Assembly (NCBI GenBank): GCA_964430885.1
Contig: CAYSHM010000007.1
Location: forward strand, 32,001 to 96,000
Length of the DNA stretch: 64,000 nucleotides
Direction of reading: 5' to 3'
From: an uncultured archaeon
Lineage (GTDB): Archaea > Thermoplasmatota > Penumbrarchaeia > JASLWR01
How positions within the stretch are numbered: the first letter of the stretch is position 1; each line of letters begins with the position of its first letter. The position numbers and the translations under genes were made by a program. The notes under the pieces are model-generated. The model worked only from the letters and a program-made list of their open reading frames with translations, was not told the DNA's origin and did not search any database. Below are positions 30,101-38,515 of the stretch, piece by piece.

Positions 30101-32031
30101 CCCACCTGGAAAGAGAGGAATATATCGCTGCTGAAAGAACCCTTGATAACCTGACCGCCAAGATAATGGAAGGATTTGATAGCAAACTCACTTTGTTGAA
30201 GAACGACATCACCCAGATAATTGACGGAGAAAGGATGACTGAACTTATCCATGAGCTGAATGCTGCATTGGACCTGTACTCGTCCCGGAATTTCGAAGAG
30301 CTTTTCAGACACATTGGCTCCTTGATTGAAAGGATAGATGTCGCCTCCTTTGAACAGAAAACCATTTCCATACTATCCCGGATCACTGAAGAGCTTTACA
30401 TCTACAAGGAAAAACTTGGAAATAATATAGTAATTGAGGACATCCAGAGATACAAAAAAGAGGCGCGGGAATTGGCCCGGGAAGGTGACGAGGAAGAGAC
30501 CAAGAACCGTATAGAACAGATACAGATCTCAATTGAAAAACTTGAAGAGATGGTAGAAGTTTTCGAGGAGATCAATAATTTCAAACATGGTATCTTGGCA
30601 GAGGACCATCCGGAGGAATTGACGAAAAATGTCCTGTATGAACTGGATATTGCTGAATCCATGCTGGATTCAAACATTGGATTTGCAAGAAGATATATAG
30701 CAAATGCCGAAAAGCTTATAGTCGAGGAGTCAAAGAAAATTGTTATCAGGGACATCAAAAGGATCCTCAAGGAGAGCAGATCAACCCAGAACATACTGAA
30801 AAATGAGGATTTTGATCTTAATAGCATTATAAAGCACCACATCGTAATAGAGGAACTTCTAAAGAACGACAAGGTAAATGATGCCCGCAATATGTCTTTG
30901 GTATTGAAACAGGAACTAGATTCAATCAAGAAGAGAGGTCTTACCCGAATACTGAAAAAAAGGATGGTTTCCCTTCAGAACCATGTTTCCAACCTGTTCC
31001 AATCCGGGTTTGAGCTCGGGGAAGTGGATGAGCTTCTTGAAAAGGTAGGAGCTGCTGTGGCCACCGGAGACATTGAGAGTGCGTTAATCGAGATGGAAAA
31101 GGCCGAAGAAAAGGTTGATGAACTCCTCACATACAAGGATATAATCCAGATGTTCAAACAGATAAGGCAGGAACTTGATGAGCTGAGCAATAAAGGTGTG
31201 GATGTCAGTCAGGGAGAGAAAATCCTTCACAGCTCCAGAGCACCGCTCCAGAAGGGAGATTATAATACTGTGATCCAGTATGGTGAACAGTGCCGAAAAT
31301 TGATAGAGCTGTATCACGAACAGGCTGAACTTCTCCAAAAGCTCAAATCCCTGGAAAGCGAGATCCGCGAAGCCAAACTGATAAGGGTCAATGTAAAGGA
31401 AGCTGCTGAAGAAGTTGAGAGAGCCCGGATACATATAACCGAATTCAAGTTCAAGGAAGCTAGAATTGCTATGGAAGCTACAAGGGAAAGGCTCAGGGAT
31501 TCCATAAAGATCTTCCATGAGACCATGGAACTGGTCAAAATGGCCAGGACGAAGATCGATGAATCCCGGAAAATTGGAATAGATGTGTCTGACCTGGAAG
31601 ACATGTTCATGAGACTTAAACGGATGCTGGGTGAGGAAAAATATGATCTTTCCAAACGCATCGCCAAGAATGTTATGGAAAAAGCTCTGTCAGCCCAGCT
31701 CCTGCAATTCTCACAGACCGAGCAGAAGGTCAAGGATACCAAATCAACTGAAGGGACCGAATTCGATGAGGAAACGGAGGATATCCTTAACTCTTTATAT
31801 AGCGATGACGATCAATTAGGGGCCGGACCTGCTGTATCACTGAAACCCATTTATAAAAGCTCTTCTGAAACCAAAACCGATATCGGAACAATGCCCACAG
31901 AAAGTTTGCTGTCAGATATCCAAAACAGATATCAGAACATGGACGACGATATTTCAGTCTGTCCCCACTGCTCAGGCAAGATAGCAAAGGGAAGCGCGTT
32001 CTGTTCAATGTGCGGGAAAAGGCTAAACTAG
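27163..32031 (+). CDS. Giant helical/coiled-coil repeat protein with terminal zinc ribbons, a TPR-like repeat and an acidic Pro-rich linker
   Basis: CMIC-x11-CDNC at the N-terminus, GNYY...ALDYYEKAL TPR-like segment, repeated G-V-D-V-S-type helical units, and CPHC-x10-CSMCG at the C-terminus. Confidence 0.85.
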   Translation: MEYCMICGKYYCSKENLCDNCQGLRNTPIHSGSVELARKLTEYKIPFRMAEDFQRELQQKQWEAIDSEIENIFDSLSDPVEDSISPMLLNIIGNYYHIRNEPMTALDYYEKALGTRNGCVWALEGTALTNKVQGSRKKSRELLADFYRKRLSLEDNILLNTELPDPDEPPLPPGLDNPENTVRVFEEKQRLLMDEYKSEMPANKDLELIKDQMVELLLENDLSGLEVWNRVGEGILNNLDEVKKEIPKFMKFRNEIKKMIEKEVDIGDIQCQVKIAENELGFSNNNFKENFQKARKKYSRSKKNILIQVMKKALEKVGEELGGILSLPWEGERVEKCMQRHLETLKLIEKGDLGGTKKGLDCLKSDITEMMKGLLNNICNKITDMTEKAEKEKLQKLSDSAVEYLGKNDNLAVLNIIRDIKKGLEKISDVAETDLDNIEDTVDDVMSFLEVVDEKASSKDGEINESSSEKPEPIHAPEIPGQFEKEHGEEKGDAFDVIGDIEGLFQDGTEEYVPDKENKYQEEPPIPMEKPDEAEMDFFDNISGLIEDDTAPEDHDDPEPFDLLHSSFDPEPLPLEEPNESGHEMAEETFPPLPVPGDKELEVLSLVKPHEESLLPPDSVIRDDIEMIFSQPPPDNIIPDGEPLTDTIPGDILPPLNIEPPVEPKEDILPPEVIVANLLRDKIERRRVKLETWKEKMYRSGMDNSQVIRLLEILDDPKREMELKTSLEEIESAIAYCKEQWAEWKLDMSNILDHTEEMISQASLEGLETQDVELALKLTRDSFKSGNLVDAKERAELIQEELGNKRKRQVFRSRLEDFRIAIDAEKHNIKNIDIPVVRELEELFLKADEAEEEENFDELAGLLDIGEIIVSNIIGIEESLFEFYDQKKEIEKLRGKGVSTGSILMEMESAEDKIGKDKDAFLYHYEKLLTLFGKAKRQVLAQLIRVSLDKSKRDLDLVKELGLDNMIIEQIEDIWLTASSHLEREEYIAAERTLDNLTAKIMEGFDSKLTLLKNDITQIIDGERMTELIHELNAALDLYSSRNFEELFRHIGSLIERIDVASFEQKTISILSRITEELYIYKEKLGNNIVIEDIQRYKKEARELAREGDEEETKNRIEQIQISIEKLEEMVEVFEEINNFKHGILAEDHPEELTKNVLYELDIAESMLDSNIGFARRYIANAEKLIVEESKKIVIRDIKRILKESRSTQNILKNEDFDLNSIIKHHIVIEELLKNDKVNDARNMSLVLKQELDSIKKRGLTRILKKRMVSLQNHVSNLFQSGFELGEVDELLEKVGAAVATGDIESALIEMEKAEEKVDELLTYKDIIQMFKQIRQELDELSNKGVDVSQGEKILHSSRAPLQKGDYNTVIQYGEQCRKLIELYHEQAELLQKLKSLESEIREAKLIRVNVKEAAEEVERARIHITEFKFKEARIAMEATRERLRDSIKIFHETMELVKMARTKIDESRKIGIDVSDLEDMFMRLKRMLGEEKYDLSKRIAKNVMEKALSAQLLQFSQTEQKVKDTKSTEGTEFDEETEDILNSLYSDDDQLGAGPAVSLKPIYKSSSETKTDIGTMPTESLLSDIQNRYQNMDDDISVCPHCSGKIAKGSAFCSMCGKRLN

Positions 32032-32195
32032 AAATCTATTTATTTTTTGGCTTACAAGAGTAGATCATTACTGAAACTCTGCCGGTTCAAGTTTTCCGCG
32101 GTTGGGCTGTAAAATTTTTACGAATTTGATTTAGTTGACATCCATATCCTGTAATCTGCAGTGGATAACTGCAGTTATGAAGTTATATTCAAAAT

Positions 32196-33035
32196 CTATT
32201 TAGGAGGTATCGGACGTTTGGGGGGCTGTTCATTGGCAGGCTTTTGACCTTGAGTGGGCTGTCGACGGGCTGGTTGGGCCTGAGCCGGTCTTTGACCTTG
32301 GGCGGGCTGCTGACGGGCTGGTTGGGCCTGAGCCGGTCTTTGACCTTGAGGCGGCATTACTCCCTGGGGCCGGGGCTGCTGGCCGGGTTGCATCTGTCCA
32401 GGCGGCGGACCTCTACCCATCTGATGTCTGGGTGTAGATCGTAATGATGACTGTATCTCCATCTCGATCTGCGCCATCTCCTTGTCGAGCGCTAGCCTTC
32501 TGTTCCTCCGTTCCTTCTCCAGCCTCTGCTCTTCCTTGACATCTGACATTATGAAAATGATAGCTGTGACAATTAGCGCCACACCCACTACAGCAATTGC
32601 GATCCCTATGAAACGATATCCAACTGTACCGGATACAGCTTTGCTGGGAGAACCATCCAGATAGGCACCCTCAGGACCCTGGGATGTTCCTCTGCGGTAA
32701 ACCAGTTTGATAACATTGGATGAACCCTCCTCTACTCCCAATTCGCTCGGATTATCTTCAACATCTGAAAAAAATACATCTCCAGTGGTGAATTCATATC
32801 GGTATTTCTGATAATCCCAGCTTTGATTTGCTTCATCAAAACCTGCAAAATAGTACTCATTTTTCGGAGGTACGTATTCAAGCTCGCCGTAGACCTCGAT
32901 CCTATCTCCAACCTTCATATCCCTGATGTCCTCAGGAGTATCGAACATTAAGGTAGGCAGAAATATCGCCAATACAATCCCGCCTAAAACCAGCACTGAG
33001 CCGACTATTATCAATATCAATGGTATTATTTTCAT
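32196..33035 (-). CDS. Two-TM membrane protein with Gln/Pro-rich cytoplasmic tail
   Basis: Hydrophobic helices near aa 3-28 and 142-163; QP-rich C-terminus. Confidence 0.8.
   Translation of the reverse strand: MKIIPLILIIVGSVLVLGGIVLAIFLPTLMFDTPEDIRDMKVGDRIEVYGELEYVPPKNEYYFAGFDEANQSWDYQKYRYEFTTGDVFFSDVEDNPSELGVEEGSSNVIKLVYRRGTSQGPEGAYLDGSPSKAVSGTVGYRFIGIAIAVVGVALIVTAIIFIMSDVKEEQRLEKERRNRRLALDKEMAQIEMEIQSSLRSTPRHQMGRGPPPGQMQPGQQPRPQGVMPPQGQRPAQAQPARQQPAQGQRPAQAQPARRQPTQGQKPANEQPPKRPIPPK
32243..32348. repeat. About 2.2 copies of a 48-bp in-frame tandem repeat (QGQRPAQAQPARxQPx)
   Basis: TTTGACCTTG...GACGGGCTGGTTGGGCCTGAGCCGGTC units begin at 32243, 32291 and 32339 (third is partial). Confidence 0.9.
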
Positions 33036-33307
33036 CAGAAACCCTCTGTTACCTATTTATTCTCCCAACGTCGATGAATAAGGGAACTACCTATTATCGA
33101 ATTTTGTTTATAAAATTTTCGCAGTGAAGTATTGTTTTTTTGAAACGGTAAATAATCCCTGATAAGGATGAAATCGAATGTTCTGGAAGAAATGATAAAA
33201 AACATACTCAATTTATTAATACCTTCTCCGCCATCAATTTACCCGGTGATATAACTCGCAATATTTGATCAATAACACCTAAAAACAACTATCAAGGTTG
33301 GAAATAA

Positions 33308-33499
33308 ATGAACACACTCTATCCGCCATGCGGGATCTGCAAGATCGGACACCTGATACCAGTAAATCTGGGTGAAGAAGGTATAAATGCTGTAATATAT
33401 ATGTGTACAAATCCGCGTTGTAATGTGAGGTTCGATCAGCATGGATATGAAAGATTTGATCCTGAGAACCAAGAATGGCGCAGGATATCGGGGGAGTGA
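33308..33499 (+). CDS. Small zinc-finger protein
   Basis: 63 aa with CGIC-x-x-G-x-L...CTNPRC; AGGTTGGA SD-like site. Confidence 0.75.
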   Translation: MNTLYPPCGICKIGHLIPVNLGEEGINAVIYMCTNPRCNVRFDQHGYERFDPENQEWRRISGE

Positions 33500-33505
33500 T
33501 GCCAA

Positions 33506-33754
33506 TTGTTGTTTGATCCGGTCATAAACACCTTATTCTCCAAAGACCGACAAATGCAACAAAAGACTGAAAAATTCACCGGACTCTACTGCGCCCATTG
33601 TTATCAAGCAATTATGGGCAAGGCCTTAAGGGTGGATAATTTATATCTGGACGCCTACTGTTATTCACTGCGGTACAGCATAGGTCTGGAGCGGCCGAAG
33701 GGTCAATTCATGAGTGACCGTGATGAAAATAAGCATTTTCAGAAAAGGCATTGA
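33506..33754 (+). CDS. Small putative zinc-finger protein (LIM-like spacing)
   Basis: CAHC-x16-DAYC; TTG start after GGGGAGTGA, directly behind the previous gene. Confidence 0.6.
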   Translation: MLFDPVINTLFSKDRQMQQKTEKFTGLYCAHCYQAIMGKALRVDNLYLDAYCYSLRYSIGLERPKGQFMSDRDENKHFQKRH

Positions 33755-34159
33755 TAAATTAACCCATATATGAAATAAGTTTTCAATGTACATCATATGA
33801 CGGAATTATAATTTGAAATTTATTTATTTATATATAGGTCTCATATATTGCTAGTACCGGCTTTCAGGGTATTTGTAATATCGGGAATGATGAAAAGATT
33901 TATTTATTAGTTTTCTTTATGAGAGAATTCGATATCATCCTTTATCGTACATGATTCCCATCATATACCAATATCAATTTAAGAGAGATTGAGTTGACAC
34001 ATTCAATACAATAATAACAGTACTCAATGATATGTTCACTCTGCTTAAGAAGGGAATGAATATCCAATCATAACAAAGAATTAAAAACAATCGCTAGTAT
34101 GACTACGGGGTTAATTACAGGCAACAGCAACGAAAAGCAATATAAATATTGGTGAATAC

Positions 34160-34429
34160 ATGGCAAATATTTCCAAATTAAACCGAATGATAGAGAAACA
34201 GGAAAAGAAAATCGCGATTCATATGGAAAAGATCATAAAGGCAAAGGAACTCAAGAACATGAATAAGATATCCAAAGCCAAATACTATGAAATTAAGAAC
34301 AAACACAACCAGCAAATTAGAGAACTCAGAAACGATATCCGGCGAAAGAAAAAAGCTCGCCAGATGCTCATGAAAAAAGAAAAGGAAGAAAAAGAGGAAA
34401 AGGATAAGAAAAAATCTTTCTTTTTCTGA
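34160..34429 (+). CDS. Small highly basic helical protein
   Basis: 89 aa, K/R-rich; GGTGA SD. Confidence 0.75.
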   Translation: MANISKLNRMIEKQEKKIAIHMEKIIKAKELKNMNKISKAKYYEIKNKHNQQIRELRNDIRRKKKARQMLMKKEKEEKEEKDKKKSFFF

Positions 34430-34485
34430 GAGATTCCAACAATTATCGATATATTGCGCAACCAAACTTACGGAGGTTCATATCT

Positions 34486-34653
34486 ATGGCAGAAGATCTT
34501 GAATATGAGATAGAGATAGTGAGGACCGCTAATAAATTCAGAGCAATAATTAATTCCAAATCCATACCTATCAGAGAAAGAGAAGCACAATCTCTTGAAG
34601 AACTCCTGGATAGGGTGGCTAGGGAGATACAGGAAGAAAATGAAGAAGGGTAA
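34486..34653 (+). CDS. 55-aa acidic microprotein (HicB-N-like), probable paralog of 46978-47163
   Basis: Below the ORF-track cut-off. GGAGGT SD at 34472; translation MAEDLEYEIEIVRTANKFRAIINSKSIPIREREAQSLEELLDRVAREIQEENEEG. Confidence 0.75.
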   Translation: MAEDLEYEIEIVRTANKFRAIINSKSIPIREREAQSLEELLDRVAREIQEENEEG

Positions 34654-34738
34654 CCTCGGATGAGAATACCTCCTGAAAGCTTCACCTCAATATCACGATT
34701 TCTTGCTTCAAAGGACAATTATCTATTTATCCAACAAT

Positions 34739-34794
34739 ATGATGATTATCGGCTACCCATATCCGATAGAGGGTAGGATCTGCGTACTTTCTGA
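34739..34794 (+). ncRNA. Possible C/D-box sRNA or structured element
   Basis: ATGATGA (34739) to CTGA (34791) spans 56 nt with an internal CCGA; the C' box is poor. Confidence 0.2.
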
Positions 34795-34859
34795 CAGATA
34801 CATTATCTATACATCTTACTCAGATTAGCAATCCAAATATTATGTAAAGAGCTGGTAAC

Positions 34860-37800
34860 ATGAATTCCTTCAAAAGATACGGTCTGATTTTAGTGATATT
34901 CACATTTCTCCTGCTACCAATATCCGCAACCTTCACAAATCAGCAAGAAAGCGGACTGAAACCCTGGATGAACGGAGAAAGGAACGGCACTTACTTCTCC
35001 AATGTTACTTCCTTATGCGGTCTAGAAGGTGTAAGCGGCAACTTCTTCTCATGGGGTGATTTCAACAATGACGAATATCAGGATCTCCTGGCCCAGAATA
35101 GGCTTTTCATGAACCTGGGCCCTCCTTCCTGGACATTTATCGAGGTCACCCAAACCTGCGGGATAACCGGAGGCGGACATGGAACCTGGGGTGATTTCAA
35201 TAATGACGGTTATTCCGACATATATATGGTCGGTGCGAATATACTTTGGATGAATAACGGGCCGGATCAGAACGGCAGATGCTCATTCACAGATGTTACA
35301 GAAAACTCAGGAATTCAGGACTTTTCACATACCACGGCCTCCGGATGGGGTGACTATGATAATGACGGTTTTGCAGATCTTTTCATTGCCAGAGGAGAGG
35401 ACTGGAACGACGGAAATCCCCGTTACTACCCAAATGTTCTATACAGGAACCGCGGGGACGGAAGCTTCGAGAATGTGACACTTTCAGCGGGTGTGGACGA
35501 AAGCGTAAGTCCCACATATTCAAGAGGGGTGGCATGGTGTGACTACAACATGGATGGTTGGCTGGACCTGTATATATCCAACTACCGCCAGCTGCCCAAC
35601 TACCTATACGAGAACCAGGGAAACGGAACCTTTGTTGATGTTGCCCCGGCAAAGGGCGTTGCAGACGGGATCCCGGATTATTCCAACAATCCCGACCCCT
35701 ATGACAGGGCGGGCCACAGCGTAGGTTCCATATGGGGTGATTTTGACCAGGACAATGATATGGATCTTTGGGTGACAAATCTCAATCACAAGGATTTCAG
35801 GACATCCGACGATTCCCTTCTCTATGAAAATCAGGGGGCACCCCTTTTCGAGTTCCGCAATGTCAGGGGAGACAAGGGCATACCTGTTAAACCCTACATC
35901 GCTCCTAACCAGGGTGACGAACTCTTCGTGGGCTGCGCCTGGGATGACATGGATAATGACGGGTCCCTCGATCTTTTTCTGCCTCAGGTATACGACGAGG
36001 TCAATTATGCCTATTCATTTCTTTACAAGGGTGGTGACCAAGGCACCTTTACAGATATTACGGAAGAGGCAGGGGTAAGGGTTTGGAATACCTATGCGTC
36101 ATCCTGGTGCGACTACAACAATGACGGAATGATGGACCTTCTTACCGCAGGAAAATATCCATTTCAGAACGGCAGTTATGAGATAAGACTGTTCAGGAAC
36201 AACCTTGAGAACACCAACAAGTGGCTGGGGGTGAACCTTCAGGGTACTGATCATAATACCAAGGGAATTGGTGCAATGGTCTCGGTGAGAACAACCGGAA
36301 AGGAGTTCTCTAAACAGGTGGAAGCGGGAATGGGCGCTCACGGACAGCAGAATCCATTCACACTCCATTTCGGTCTGGGTGATAACCAGGGTCCAGTGGA
36401 CCTGACCGTAACCTGGGGGCCAGGTAAGATCCAGAACCTTACCGGGATAGAACTTAACCAGATCGTAAACATAACTGAACCTCTGGACCTGCCGGATCTG
36501 GCGGTCAGGGATATAATTCCTTCTAGGATAAGCCCAATAATAGGGGAAAACATCACAATCCAATGCAGGATCATGAATATGGGTGCAAAGACCATCGAGA
36601 AGGGGAATTTCAGTCTGTATCTGGACAATATTGACCCTGAGAACACTATTGGAAGCACGATCATCATCAGTGACCTGGACACCATGGACAGCAGAATCCT
36701 GGAATTTTTTCTTAATACCTCAGGGATTGAGGATGAACATGAGCTTATTGCCGAGGTGAAGGATATTGTTCCCGAGGATTCAAAGGCTGAGAACAACATC
36801 AAGAGCCAGACCATCGACATCAGGGAGAAAAACCTACCCCCGGTTCCTGTGCTGAATTTGGACACTTATGAGATAATGATCCAGGAATCCCTCGATTTGG
36901 ATGCTTCAGATTCAAGTGATGATGAGATGATAACCCACTATGATTTCGATTTCGGGGACGGCAACAGCACAGGCTGGATCATTTCGCCGACCGTCCAGCA
37001 TACATTTATTTACCCTGGTACATTTACCATTTCCCTGAATGTGATGGACGGAGACGAAGAAGCTGCCAGATCTCCAGTTACCCAGGATATCGTTGTTACA
37101 GCTCCTGAGAACATGAAACCTTCTGCTTCAATAGTTTCAATAGAACCCCAAATCGCAAGGCAGGGAATCGATAGTGTGGTATTCCATGGTGAAGGTACTG
37201 ATGAGGATGGAGTTATTGTTGATCTCATATGGCGCTCAAGCCTTGACGGAACGCTGTCCCATGACGAAAAATTCCAGCTCAAGGCAGAAGAATTAACACC
37301 TGGAAAGCATGACATCTACCTCAGGGTAAAGGATGACAGAGAAAGCTGGTCGGACGAATCTCACGCCATGGTAGAGATACGGCCTCCAAACATGATGCCC
37401 ACGGCATTTATCGATCTCATTTATCCCAATCCTTCAAAGTTAGGGGGAAGGGTGGAATTCAGGGGTCACGGAGAGGACAGGGACGGAGCAGTGATCAGCC
37501 ATATTTGGACCTCCGATATGGACGGGCTGCTCTATAATGGAACTGAATTCTTCACATCAGCATTATCCTCGGGCAAACACAACATAAGTCTGGCGGTGGT
37601 AGATGACATGGGAAGTGTATCAGAACCGGCTGTTACCTCACTTACCGTGGGCGGACCAAACCTGGCACCTACCTGCAGGATACTTCTCATTGAACCCATA
37701 CCTGCATATATCAGAGAAGAAACCTACTTCTATGCCGAGGGCGAGGATGCTGACGGTGGGATTAGCCAATTCATTTGGACCTCCAACCTTGACGGCTATC

Positions 37801-38390
37801 TGGGCCAGGGTGAGAGCCTGATCCTTGAAAAAGGTCTATCTTTGGGTACTCATATAATATCCCTCAAGGCCTTGGATGACGGGGGACTTGAAAGCTCCGG
37901 TGATTCCATGGAATTGGAAGTGATAAAAAGGAACATCAAACCAGCACTGGAGTTTCTGAAAAGCAGTGATTCCAATGAGGATCCAGGTACGGTTAGCCGA
38001 ATTGCAGATTTCTCGGGATTGATCGTGGATGATCATACCAATCCAGTCACACTTCAGTTGAAGATAGGGGGTGGGAAGTGGCATACACTCGATGAAGATG
38101 AGGTCATCTGGACAATGCTTGATGAGGATACAAAAAGATGGATCGCTGAGATCGATGTTTCCGAGCTAGATAATGGAGCTTACCTCTTTCAGTTCAGGTG
38201 CAGCGATGGCCTTCACCTTTCGAACATAATCAAGACCCAGGTATATGTAGAGCGCTCAACAGACAATGGCAGAGCTGAAGAGGAAACAATAATTGAACCC
38301 ACAGTTTTTCTAATCATACTAGGAGTTATTGTTCTTGCCCTAATAATAGGTATTTCAATAATTTTAAGGCGGCCAAAGAATAAAAAGTGA
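34860..38390 (+). CDS. Cell-surface FG-GAP/CRTAC1 (ASPIC-UnbV) beta-propeller with CARDB and PKD domains, C-terminal TM
   Basis: Repeated WGD-x-x-NDG-x-x-DL motifs; GIGA-x-V...LHFGLG (UnbV); PDL-x-V (CARDB); FDFGDG and W-x-S-x-x-DG-x-L (PKD-like). Confidence 0.92.
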   Translation: MNSFKRYGLILVIFTFLLLPISATFTNQQESGLKPWMNGERNGTYFSNVTSLCGLEGVSGNFFSWGDFNNDEYQDLLAQNRLFMNLGPPSWTFIEVTQTCGITGGGHGTWGDFNNDGYSDIYMVGANILWMNNGPDQNGRCSFTDVTENSGIQDFSHTTASGWGDYDNDGFADLFIARGEDWNDGNPRYYPNVLYRNRGDGSFENVTLSAGVDESVSPTYSRGVAWCDYNMDGWLDLYISNYRQLPNYLYENQGNGTFVDVAPAKGVADGIPDYSNNPDPYDRAGHSVGSIWGDFDQDNDMDLWVTNLNHKDFRTSDDSLLYENQGAPLFEFRNVRGDKGIPVKPYIAPNQGDELFVGCAWDDMDNDGSLDLFLPQVYDEVNYAYSFLYKGGDQGTFTDITEEAGVRVWNTYASSWCDYNNDGMMDLLTAGKYPFQNGSYEIRLFRNNLENTNKWLGVNLQGTDHNTKGIGAMVSVRTTGKEFSKQVEAGMGAHGQQNPFTLHFGLGDNQGPVDLTVTWGPGKIQNLTGIELNQIVNITEPLDLPDLAVRDIIPSRISPIIGENITIQCRIMNMGAKTIEKGNFSLYLDNIDPENTIGSTIIISDLDTMDSRILEFFLNTSGIEDEHELIAEVKDIVPEDSKAENNIKSQTIDIREKNLPPVPVLNLDTYEIMIQESLDLDASDSSDDEMITHYDFDFGDGNSTGWIISPTVQHTFIYPGTFTISLNVMDGDEEAARSPVTQDIVVTAPENMKPSASIVSIEPQIARQGIDSVVFHGEGTDEDGVIVDLIWRSSLDGTLSHDEKFQLKAEELTPGKHDIYLRVKDDRESWSDESHAMVEIRPPNMMPTAFIDLIYPNPSKLGGRVEFRGHGEDRDGAVISHIWTSDMDGLLYNGTEFFTSALSSGKHNISLAVVDDMGSVSEPAVTSLTVGGPNLAPTCRILLIEPIPAYIREETYFYAEGEDADGGISQFIWTSNLDGYLGQGESLILEKGLSLGTHIISLKALDDGGLESSGDSMELEVIKRNIKPALEFLKSSDSNEDPGTVSRIADFSGLIVDDHTNPVTLQLKIGGGKWHTLDEDEVIWTMLDEDTKRWIAEIDVSELDNGAYLFQFRCSDGLHLSNIIKTQVYVERSTDNGRAEEETIIEPTVFLIILGVIVLALIIGISIILRRPKNKK

Positions 38391-38515
38391 TGGTTATTTG
38401 ACTGCAGGGTAGTTCTGAAGGAATGAAAAACACTATGATCTTCGCTTAGGAATATTGAATTATTGTTCCTGGATTCTTAGTTATTTGTTATTGATACTTC
38501 TTATGATCACAAGTA

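Noticed and set aside
27163-32031. SMC/Rad50-like ATPase
   Set aside because: No Walker A/B or signature motifs at either end.
32243-32348. CRISPR mini-array
   Set aside because: The units are contiguous in-frame coding repeats with no unique spacers, and no cas genes are present.
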